Origin: Botryllus schlosseri
Taxonomy: Eukaryota
NCBI GenBank assembly: GCA_051294905.1
Contig: CM119372.1
Location: 24,616,001 to 24,680,000, forward strand
Reading direction: 5' to 3'
Length of the DNA: 64,000 bases
Position 1 is the stretch's first letter. Each line of letters opens with the position of its first letter. This document shows, piece after piece, positions 23,594-34,342 of the stretch. The position numbers were made by a program, and so were the translations under genes. Under the pieces are notes generated by a model. It made no database searches. It had not been told where the DNA came from and saw nothing but the letters and a program-made list of their open reading frames with translations.

Positions 23594-26500
23594 CTACTGA
23601 ATAAATACTAGTCCATCCTCCAGATTAATTAGCGGACCACGACTTGACCTATCGATCTCGCCTTCCATGATAAGCCACCCCATTTTTGTCACTTTCTTTT
23701 TTCGATACTATATTTTTCTACTTTTCATTCAGTGTGTATACCTTCTTTTTATATCGCCTAGGCCAAGGTGGGTGTCTGGTTCCTACTCCAAGTCGTTTCG
23801 ACACCTTCCTATCTTTTCATTGCATCGCATTTTTTGTGCTGTATTGAACTGGTAAAATTGCTTTTAAAACGAACTGAATCACACTTCCACATGCCCACTT
23901 GTAGCATGCTGAAGTGTCGCATGCTATTATATCCACAGAGCGTTTGACGTAGGTATAGCGAGGAGGTCGCTATATTTGTAAGCTGTTAAGATTGATTACT
24001 ACGAAATGCCATTGATTCTGCCAGATAGACTCTAGTGTATCAGATATAAGTATACCCCTAAATAGGCCCAAACTACCGTATTTATCCCAGAATCTCACCT
24101 ACTATAGGAAGTAAATCGAAGGTTTTTGGACTTTTGTATTGCTCATAATTGAGCCACGTTATTTGAATATATATATATGATTGGGGCTTATGTATATGTA
24201 CATAAAATTGTTTTTGTGCCGGGCATAATTTTTTTAATTGATGAGTTATAGACATCATGCAAAAGGATGCATCATGACATCGTAAAACTGTCGGGTTATA
24301 ATATTGCATCTAGTGAGCCTTTGACGTGTCACAATTTTATGTAGAATATTTTAAAATATACTGAACATTGATCTGATATCAGAGCATTTGAGTATTGTAG
24401 CCTAATCCTGGTTTTGATATAGTCGTGATAAGTATAGCCTATTGTTACTGTCATTGCCAAAGTTAAATTAAATCAGCGTTAGATTATGCCTTCGATTGGA
24501 ACATATCCATGACAACTTAAATGTGATCATTATTGAGCCATAGTAATAGCATTATTTCTTAACCTTTTTAGCGATCGTACCCCTTGTGCTTCCAATAAAA
24601 TTTCTCGTAGCCTCAGTCCATTTTCAACACAATATCCGATGATACCTATATATTAAAATCACAAAGCCCATTCACATAAAATCGCGCGTAGCGTGAAGAC
24701 TATTTTACAGTTTAATTAATTGGCCAAGAAAATATTCCACAGCATGTAGGCCTAATTCCACAATGCATCTCGTACACCCTCATGTGGTGCTTATCGTACC
24801 CCGATGGGGTCTAAGGACCCTGTTCAAGAGCCCCTGGAATAGAAATGTGTCATCGGCGAACAATTCATTGGTGTTACAGCTTTAGAAGGTACTACTACCT
24901 TTCTCGCCACCGATAATAATATGGATAAAGAGAACAAACGACACCCAGCATGTAACCAACTATACGTCACGGGGGTCACAGAATGCCAATGGATATGCCA
25001 TACTGACCTGATTAGATAGCTATATACCCTAAGCCACGCAAGCTACGACCTTTTGATATATTAATATTCCCCATAACAGTTTCACAGATTGTTGCGTCCG
25101 TTGGATTACCAAGACACCGTTCCGAGTCGCAATTAAGTCCATCTCTGATTTTAACGTTTGTCCCGACTCAACTCGTGTCATTTTTATTTAATCCCCTAGT
25201 CAATCGAGTAATTTTACGAGAAGGTCGCAACAAACCAAATCACAATTTTCAGTCACGAATCGTCAACGGGTCATTTTTATCATCATGACCTAAAAATGTG
25301 ACGTAGGCTAATAGCTATTTTCTTCTACCTCATGGTAACTTTTGAATGTAATGTGATAGTGATGTTTGTTGAGATTTCAGTGATTCTTTATAGTAGTTTT
25401 AGCGTGAAATTCAAGTTCTTATATCTAAAAAAGATATATGGCACTTGAATATATATTGTTGAATACTTGAAATTCCAAAATGCCGTCGCTGGCCGCGTGT
25501 TTCAGACCTATGGCTGTAAGCGGTGTCTTATTTAAAAAAAGCCTAGAAGTGGGCCGTGCTACAAGTCGGCATCCGCGGGAGAAAATTGAAAAAAATTGGT
25601 CTACCGTAAATGAGCCAGTAGTCAACAAATACCGTGAATACCACAAACAAACAGAAAAAACAAACAAACATGCTGACCACTATTATATGTATCGAATTAC
25701 ATGCTTCGTTTCGGTTAAGGCTGGTTGGGATGAAAGTTGAGATATAGCTTTGACGAAATTCTGAATCAGTGCCGTTCCACCTGCGGTTTAAGATCCGTCT
25801 CTATACTTGATGAAATGTGGGTTACCATATTTTGAGATCCAGGAAAAAAGGACACTTCTTACAAATTCCAAAACTTATAACATTGGACGGGAAAACGGTT
25901 ATAATTTGACAATTTTCACGGGAAATACTTTTGCGTTGTCTGTAAAAAGCTCATTTTCCAACCCGACTCCTGGGAAACCCGCTCTAGCGTATTCCTTCAG
26001 GTTCTGGTTGATCTTTTTTAGCCATCATTCCCGTCACTGCCGTCGTAATAGAGATTTCGCGTCATTTATGGTGTTTTTTAGTTGAGCCTGTACAGTACAA
26101 TGTACAACGGCCTGGATGTCAAGGCAACAAAAGAGGAGGAATTGCCAAGAAGGAGGACATTTGGGCGTCCTCAGAGTACATTTTCGATCTCTGGATAAAG
26201 GATGATAAATCCTCCTAAAGCAGTGGTTCTTAAACTGGAAACTGGGTGTATGTCATATGCATGAGATTTACAGTTTCAATAGCATAGGGTTTCTGAATTC
26301 GGCCGCATCATGTGATGAAAATTACATAGCTTTGCTATAGAGCAGGTATTCTATACCCCAGAGGACCCCAGTTATGGGTGACTATGTGGTCTGAAATCGC
26401 GAACAAGAACCACGCAACCGCTGCATAAATTGTTATATATATTGACCGAGACTTTCGCAGTAATATGTTATAATCACCCCATATATCTTTCTCGCGAAGC

Positions 26501-27177
26501 GTAACGAAAATTCCGAACTCTCAGAAAAATCATACCCTGAATTGTTTCGCGTTTTTCTTTCCATGTCTATCTCTTGTTGGAAGAACATAATACTTCTACT
26601 TGATCAACTCTAAATAGCGTAAAGTAAGTAATAAGTCACAAATTATGTCAAAGTAGCAGCAGATGCAGCGGTAAATTAGAATTACTTGAGTAATTACTAC
26701 AAGTAGACGAAAACTACTTCAGTATCCTACTTTGAAAATATAGAAGTACTTTGTTACAGACCTCCTCCGGCTATACGCTAGGGTTGCCATATTTTGTGAT
26801 CCGGAAAAGAGGAGACTTTTTACAAATCAGAAAACTTATAAAATCGGACGAGAAAACGGGTATTTTGAAAAATTTTACTGGAAATACTGTAATGTTGACT
26901 AAAATAATAAAAAAAAGCCATCACTGCCGTCGAAATCCAGATTCCACGTAATTTATGGCGTTTTTAGTTGTGCCTGTACCAGTGTACCATCGCCTGACTG
27001 TTAAAACTGTCAAAGAGGACGAATTGCCAAAAAGGAGGACATTTTGGAATTACTGTTTCGTTTTGTAGCTCAATGTCGTCGCTCTATGGCTGAGTATGAT
27101 TGGATTCAGTAGTATCTCCCTTCATTTTGACCATTTGTATCATTTCTTAGATTTGTGCCGTTGGCAATTAGGTGCGA

Positions 27178-27428
27178 GATAGCGCAGTGGTATAAACCGG
27201 GTTGCGGGTTCGAGTCCGACCGAGGTCGACTTTAGACTTCCGATACCTAAGTTTTGGAGGTTTACCTATAGGCTCCTCCTCGCCACCTCGTCCGGGTCAT
27301 CGGTGTCTTACAAAATGCCTAGAGGTGGGCCGTGCTATAAGTCGGCAGTTACGGAAAATAATGAAGAATATCGGCCTGGTGTTAATGACCACAGTAGTCG
27401 AAAAACACCATGAACACCGCAAAACAAA
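27178..27428 (+). mobile_element. tRNA-derived SINE with 13-bp TSD
   Basis: A box TAGCGCAGTGG, B box GGTTCGAGTCC, AAAC tail; flanked by CAATTAGGTGCGA (27165-27177, 27429-27441). A 3' partial copy lies at ~25500-25650. Confidence 0.85.
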
Positions 27429-27698
27429 CAATTAGGTGCGACCTCTACTGACTGCCGTCGTATTTCACACGGTAAATCCCCAAAATGTTATGTCGTATCG
27501 CAATGAGAACGACGTTATAATTGTCTGTGTGATAGGTGAAGCGGTACACGGTGTTGTTGACAATTGTGAAGCGTTTACGACGTAGATAACGATAACCATT
27601 GTGTTGCTTGAACACGGCAAATATGATCGCCGACAGTACAGCTTGCATTTGATCTCGTGGCCGTTTACCAGTCGTAGCGTGAATTGTTCGCTAGTGTA

Positions 27699-30521
27699 AT
27701 GGATTCAATCGACAAAGAAGAAATGGCTTTGTCCAATGAATTAAGAAGTTATTGCTCACACTATGGCGTGGAAGGGCGGGAATTCCTGAATACAACAGCG
27801 ACACTGCTATTAAAACTTGGAAAAATCTATGCAAGTAAGGCATCAGCGACGGATGGTATACTGCGAAAACTGTCTTATATCAGGTGCGCTGTGCTTCTGT
27901 ACGCAGCGCAGGCTAGATTTCACATCACTGAGAACGAGGTTATGCTAGCTGAAGTCTGCCTGGCCATTGATTATTTTGAAAGGATGCTTGAGCGAAGTTG
28001 TACTCTTACACCTAATTCCAATTTATACAAATTGTCCATCGGAATTAAGAAAAGAGTTAGAGGTATTCGCTCTCGAATTAAAACGGAATTATACAGGGTT
28101 GTGTTTAGACATAATCCAGTACGCGACAAGGATGAGTTTTTGGAGAAAATAAGCAATATTCTTTCGATGGATCAACTCATCATTGACGATGATAGTACCA
28201 GATATTTGTCTCGCGACGCTGCGCCCGATGAAGGGAGAGTTATTTCGGAAATGCGAACATTCATGGATGATGTAACGAATCAATACAAATCAGTGATGTG
28301 TGAAATTGCTCAAACTTGCCTCAACTTATTGCCCGAGCCACCTTGCAAGTTTTGCATCGTCGGTCTAGGATCGTTCGCTCGAGGTGAGGTGACAATGTTT
28401 TCAGACTTTGAACACGTTATACTATTGGATGCAAATCCTGACACGATGGAAAACCGCAATGTCATTGCAGAATACTTCCGCTGGTATTCTGTGGTATTTC
28501 AAATTGTAGTCATCGGTATGGGCGAAACCATCATACCCAGCGTCACAATCAAATGTTTGAACGATGCTTACTCTGACGATCCAACTGCCAATTGGTTTTA
28601 CGACAAATACACCCCCAGAGGAATTTCCTTCGATGGAATGCTTCCGCATTCTTGCAATATACCCCTCGGAAGGGTGCAAACCACTGAAAAGCGCAAGCAT
28701 GTGGTTGAGTTGATTCAAACCCCCGAAAAGATGGCTTCGTTCTTATCTGTTGACGAATGCGAAAAGAACGGCTATTACCTGGGCGAGGTTCTTCGACAAA
28801 CCCGTTTCGTTTTCGGGGATATGTCCACCTACGAATCATTTCGAACTGAAAGACAGCAGATACTGAGTTCGGAAGGTGCGTTTGGGCAAGAGAAGTACGA
28901 GAAATTCGTCGAGAATAATTCGAATCCTAACGTCCGGGAAAGTCAACATTTGACGGACATTACTGCATTCGACGCTAAAAATATATTCTATCGCCCTGTG
29001 GTAACCTTACTGACCTTTCTTGGGCAAGTTCACAGCATGGCATACGATTCTCTTTTCGATTTAATAGATCAAATGCTGGAATCTGGAGTATTAGATAAAC
29101 TGCTCCATCACGATTTGAGCTACGCGTTGGCGGTCGCTTGCGAAATGAGATGGAAATTATACCTGGTCGCTGAGGAACAGCGGCACAGTGCTGAGCTAAA
29201 AGACATCACTGGTATCGTTGGTGAAAATGCAATTCACGCTTGTAAAAATGTCCTACCTCGTTTACGTGAACTTCTGTCTGGCAAAGAGAAGGAAAGAATC
29301 GAAATGAAAGAAGCTAAGGAAATGTTGATTAGTATCTCAAGTCGTGGCAACTTCGAGGAATCAGTAAAATTCGGCGAAAGGATCATTCGACAACTCAGCG
29401 GAGAGGAAGTGGACATGACATTCTTCACGATCAGAGTGCTTTGTGACAGTTATAAAGTCGGGTGCATCTCGCATTCAAAAAGAAGCGAATATTGGACTAA
29501 ATGCGAAGATCTTTACCGCGGTCACATCTGCGGAAAGTCATTGTCATACTGTGACGCAATCGAAGTGTTTCCGAGAATGAGCGTCATGTACTATACGCAG
29601 GGTAGATTCGATGAAAGCATGGAGGAATCAAGAAAGTTTTTCGAAGCCAACCGCATGATGTTGGAAATTGACGGCAAAATTCACCGTGAGTTTGCGCCCA
29701 ATTTCCAACAGTACCACGAGCTTGTATTTCAGAGAATGAACGTTGTTGAAGCCGAGAAACATTTGCAAGACGTAATGTGGGACGATCCATCCATAGCAGT
29801 CTCTGTTGATTGTGATTTCACGAAGCGTTACTACAAAGCTCTTATACTAGCCTTGCACAAGCCAAGCAATGGTGGCTCCGAAACGCAAGCGAAAGAAGAA
29901 TTTCGAACACTTGCGATAGACGCAAAAGAAAAGGCCAATAAACTCCAACAACCCAGACGATTTCTATTTACGATACTTTTTCGGCAAATTTCGTATATTT
30001 GGTTTGATGACGCCATTCAAAGTGTTGAATTCATCGAGCAAAACCCCATGCCTGCTTACTCGCAATATGAACTAGCATTGGTATTGGGATCCTGCATTGA
30101 TGTCATCAAATTCTTTTGTCTCTGCCGACTAGGTAGGTATAAAAAGGCCCTCGCTTGGGCTGAATCAGATGTGGAAATAGCACATTCAGACCTTGATAAA
30201 AGCATGCTATACCGTCTCACCCGCGGTCTCTTAACTCAGTTGTGGCGCAAGATGCAAGCCCAAAATATTGAATACGGGAAAAACGAAGCTTCTCTGATTC
30301 TACTATTCGTTACCAAATTCGTCAATACCGGCCAGGTGTCTGATTTGCTCTCTTCTCCGAACATAAAGACTCGTTCTGGCGCTTTGCTGTCGACGATGAA
30401 CGCGCAGGAAAACTTCTACGGAAGGAATTATGGAATGGAAGCGCTGCAAACCCTTCGCAACATTCAATGCGTAGTAAAACTGATGTTCGTAGGATTTCCT
30501 ATTTTTCTTTCTTCCCAGTAA
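27699..30521 (+). CDS. Intronless Pol-beta-superfamily (DUF294/GlnD-like) nucleotidyltransferase with helical substrate-binding region and TPR-like C-terminus, ~940 aa
   Basis: Uninterrupted 2.8-kb ORF, first ATG at 27699; motif CIVGLGSFARGEVTMFSDFEHVILL fits hGS-x(9-13)-DhE; downstream TPRGISFDG; amphipathic helical repeats in the C-terminal half. The family call is by motif recognition, not by search. Confidence 0.8.
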   Translation: MDSIDKEEMALSNELRSYCSHYGVEGREFLNTTATLLLKLGKIYASKASATDGILRKLSYIRCAVLLYAAQARFHITENEVMLAEVCLAIDYFERMLERSCTLTPNSNLYKLSIGIKKRVRGIRSRIKTELYRVVFRHNPVRDKDEFLEKISNILSMDQLIIDDDSTRYLSRDAAPDEGRVISEMRTFMDDVTNQYKSVMCEIAQTCLNLLPEPPCKFCIVGLGSFARGEVTMFSDFEHVILLDANPDTMENRNVIAEYFRWYSVVFQIVVIGMGETIIPSVTIKCLNDAYSDDPTANWFYDKYTPRGISFDGMLPHSCNIPLGRVQTTEKRKHVVELIQTPEKMASFLSVDECEKNGYYLGEVLRQTRFVFGDMSTYESFRTERQQILSSEGAFGQEKYEKFVENNSNPNVRESQHLTDITAFDAKNIFYRPVVTLLTFLGQVHSMAYDSLFDLIDQMLESGVLDKLLHHDLSYALAVACEMRWKLYLVAEEQRHSAELKDITGIVGENAIHACKNVLPRLRELLSGKEKERIEMKEAKEMLISISSRGNFEESVKFGERIIRQLSGEEVDMTFFTIRVLCDSYKVGCISHSKRSEYWTKCEDLYRGHICGKSLSYCDAIEVFPRMSVMYYTQGRFDESMEESRKFFEANRMMLEIDGKIHREFAPNFQQYHELVFQRMNVVEAEKHLQDVMWDDPSIAVSVDCDFTKRYYKALILALHKPSNGGSETQAKEEFRTLAIDAKEKANKLQQPRRFLFTILFRQISYIWFDDAIQSVEFIEQNPMPAYSQYELALVLGSCIDVIKFFCLCRLGRYKKALAWAESDVEIAHSDLDKSMLYRLTRGLLTQLWRKMQAQNIEYGKNEASLILLFVTKFVNTGQVSDLLSSPNIKTRSGALLSTMNAQENFYGRNYGMEALQTLRNIQCVVKLMFVGFPIFLSSQ

Positions 30522-31382
30522 CAGCATTGACAGGGATGTTCTTGTATTCCTCGGCTAGTTTTTTACTTTCGCCATGCGCGCGAACAGTGCATCTGGTTAT
30601 TTTAAAAGTATATCGTGGTCTCTAATTGAAGTTGGGTGTCTTAAAACGGTTTGGCACTCATGGCAGCAGCCATTATAAACAGTAAGTCACCATATTCGAA
30701 GTGCTGTAGCTAGATATTAACGAAATGTACCATTCCGCATCGTGTATCTGTGTCGTTTCTAGGTCACCGTCATCGCTTCTTAACCCTTTGCGTAAAGAAC
30801 GTGCAACAATGAAGTAATGCGATTTTAATATTATTCAAATTTGAATGCGATTCATTCATTTATTAGCTTCCGTTCGTTCCAACCATCACAACAATGCGAT
30901 ACAATAATGTTTTCGCCGAAGTCGAAGCGAAGCGCCTTATTGTTGAAGTATATACATCTACAGCAGTGGTTCCCAACCTTTTTCCACCTACGTACTATTT
31001 CTAGGTTTTATGCAGTGCTTGCGTACCACCCACATCAGTTACGCGCGACGAAGGCGGTCAAAAATGTTTCCACTGAACATATACTGCCCATTTTAAGGCG
31101 CAGTATGGGTGAGGTTGCATTTTTTCTTAAAAACGGTGTTTCAAAACATTTTGTTTGAAACATGTTTTAAGCAGTGCTTTTAAAAAGGCCTTCTTAAAAA
31201 AACTGTTTTTCAAGTTGTAAAATTATGCCATAATTGTGTGAATACTTTCCAAAAAATCTGTTGTATGAGCCTGTGGACAATTACCACCAGATTCAGCCGA
31301 CGTATATCGATATGGGATGGTTGTAAGTTGTAACCCTCAAAATAGTCGGTTCAACATTAATAGTACAGTTATTTCGTCAAAG

Positions 31383-32064
31383 GAGCGGCGCTTCTTCGAT
31401 ATACCCCTCAAATCAAAATTTATAAACGGAAGAATAAATTCTTTTTTCGTGTTGGGTACGAAATATTAGGGTTGGAAGTGGGTTAGGGTATCCCAATATT
31501 AGGTTTGTGAGTGAGAGATATTAGGGTCAGGAGACGACAGACTATAGGGCTCTGTGAATGACGTATATTAGGGTGGGCGTGAGGGATATTAGGGTTAGGG
31601 GTGATAAAATCCCCGAACTAACGTCCGCAACCCCAAACCCTATTATATTTTATCATCCAACCCTAACATCCGTCAACGTCCAACCTAATATATCCCACTC
31701 ACAACCAATGTTCCCTCAGAAAAAAAGGTCATCACTTCGGATTTTTTGTGCGCAATTTAGATTTTCTATGCGCAGAGATGTTGTCAGCACTGCATATTTG
31801 CGCATGTGCGCAGCTTAGGGGGAACATTGCTCACAACCCTAATATCCCCCCCCCCCACAACCCAAATATCTCCCCATCACAACCCTAATATCTCCCACCC
31901 ACAACTCTAATATTGGGGTACTCTAACCAAATCCTTAACCCACTTCCAACCCTAATATCCAGCTCCCACAACTCCAATCCAACCCAACACGAAATAGAAT
32001 TTAATTTCCCGTTTATAAATTTTGTTATGTTTGATCTCGGGGGTATATCGAAGAAGCGCCTCTC
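31383..32064. mobile_element. Foldback-like palindromic element with internal TATTAGGGT repeats
   Basis: GAGCGGCGCTTCTTCGATATACCCC is mirrored by GGGGTATATCGAAGAAGCGCCTCTC; left arm has ATATTAGGG repeats, right arm CCCTAATAT repeats; no TSD seen. Confidence 0.75.
31706..31829. mobile_element. Small hAT-type MITE (CAATGTTCCCTC family)
   Basis: TIR CAATGTTCCC / GGGAACATTG; perfect TSD CTCACAAC; GCGCA motifs; relatives at 61210-61384 and 63519-63683. Confidence 0.9.
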
Positions 32065-34342
32065 TATATTTACCCTATATTTTCAATTGTCAATGTCAAT
32101 CCACTATGACGTAACAATTGAATATCCGTGACGTCAGGGCTTGAAAAGAACAAAAAAAATAAAAAACATGCTTTAAATGAGGGCCTTGTTTTAAACAATT
32201 TTGTTTTAAATTGATTCCTGTTTCAAATGCAACAGTAAGTATAGGATTTCTGTAGCGTATCCATTTAGAATTCTTGTGGTCAAATATATCTAGATCTCTT
32301 CCACGTAGGCCTTTATTGGTGGGATTGCCCCTACCCACGACGACGACGGCTTCAAAAACCTCAAAATCAACCCACTTAAACTAAAAACTCCCATGAGTCG
32401 AAAGTAAAACAATCTACTCGCGTACCACCTGGATGACCTTCGCGTACCACTTAGTTGTACGCGTACCACAGGTTGGGAGCCACTGATCTACAGCTACCTT
32501 TATCCACGGATGGTAATTTACAGCAGATGGTTCTCAACCCCGGTCCACGTCAAAACGACATCAAGTTAAAGTGGAAAATTAAGGTATGAAAAGTAGGCCT
32601 ATTCAAGAAAGCTGTTGAAAAACAGATTTGGTTGAGGGGTTACATGCTTTTGGCGGGCGGTTAATTGGAGTCGGGCAGTTTCGAATTTTCGGGAGGCTAC
32701 TTCACGACTAATGCAAAATGAGTAAGACCTATAATAGGCTATAAATAGTTGCTGATATAGGTGGTTACTGAAAAGAACGCAGGCAGGGTTTTACAATCGA
32801 GCGTATCATTGCTTTTAATGGAATTCTCAAGCGAAATGCTGACCTACCCATTTCCAACGATGAAGATGCCAAATAGGCCTACGTCTAGATTTTACTGGAC
32901 TCAGACATGTCTCGGAATGACATAAAATCGCCAAGACCACAAACAATCGAAGGTATGTGGCCTATTCAGCCGTCTTGGTCACTCCGTGCCGATTTGGATT
33001 CTGCTGGTACTCTTTTATTGTTCCAATCAAAGTTGCAATAATGAATTCTTTGTTGGGTTGTTATTGCTGCCTGCATGAATACAGTTGAGCCACTGCAAAA
33101 ACTATCACAGCGTATTCTCTTTATCATTTCGAAGGCCCCAACCGGACCTGGGTGTGCAACTGATTAATCGCTACACAAAAGATTTGATATTCTAGACATA
33201 GAAGATACGAGGAAGGTAGAAATTGTCAAGTTTATGTGTTAGTTCCATTGCGGTCACTGTCCCACAAATTTCAACGACTACTTCATGTAGGGGTCAAAAG
33301 CGCACAACTAGGCTACAACACACGCGCGTCTTCGACGAACAGCTACAAGAATTCAAGAAAACGCACTGATCTACATCGCGTATGCCGGACCTCAAGTGTG
33401 GAACAGCATCTCGCCAGCTATACGACATTCCTCGAGCATGTGTCTATACACTCTAGTCGAAAACTAGAAATACAAGCAATTTCTACAGAATTTATAGGCC
33501 TACTAGTCAGCCGTCACGATTACCCGACTCGGTTTGACATATCAAACTCGCCTATCCATATGCGCCACTCATTTTCCTCTAGCTAGTCGTTTTATGTTAT
33601 CCATTATTTCCATCCATCCCGTGTGCACTGTGCAGTGTGCACGCCTAGGCCTAAGTCGGTGTCTGATTTCAAATACTACTCCAGCAGGTCGTTTCGACAC
33701 CTTATTTCTTTCATTGTAGCGCAGTCTTGTGGTGTTCTGTAATGATAAAATTATTAATAAATTGATACTGAATGGTTTGAATTAGATTTGGTGATATTCA
33801 ACTAGGAGTACAACAATTTTTCCTCGCGTCTTTTTTGAAATAGTTGCCGAGAGATGCGAGTCAGAGATAAGATAACATCACCAGCGTAACCAGGAAGATG
33901 ACGCATGGCGATTTTGCCCCCACCGCTTGATCTCAAGAATGTTTACGTCATGTTTCGTCACCATTGATATATAGGCAGGCCGTGTTATTTTTGGCATATG
34001 CCAAAACTGCCAGAAAAAACTTATATTTGGCATTTTCGATTTTTATTTTTGGCAGTTTTGGCATCGTCCTCTAAATAGATAGTTTCAGCCTCGAATTAGT
34101 CACAAAAACGCTTTATTTGGGCTAGTTTGTCAAAAGACACTACAAAATGTACAGCATCCACGTATAATAAGTGCCAACAAACGATAAGAAGAAGAAAAAA
34201 CCGAACGATTTCATAGGTTACATTTTGTTTATTACGTTCTTATGGTATGTTAAATTCCACAATGGAAAGCACATAGCGGTAAGAAGGCGTAACACTCGAA
34301 TTTCATAAGCTCACTAATTTCGAATTTCAATTTCGCTTCGCT

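Larger units (their letters stand above)
30964..32485. mobile_element. hAT-Charlie-like non-autonomous element hosting two nested insertions
   Basis: TIR CAGTGGTTCCCAACC / GGTTGGGAGCCACTG; perfect TSD ATCTACAG (30956-30963, 32486-32493); GCGTACCAC subterminal motifs. Confidence 0.92.

Noticed and set aside
31460..31960. Interstitial telomere
   Set aside because: TTAGGG occurs only as isolated units within longer repeats on the two arms of a palindromic element, not as a tandem array.
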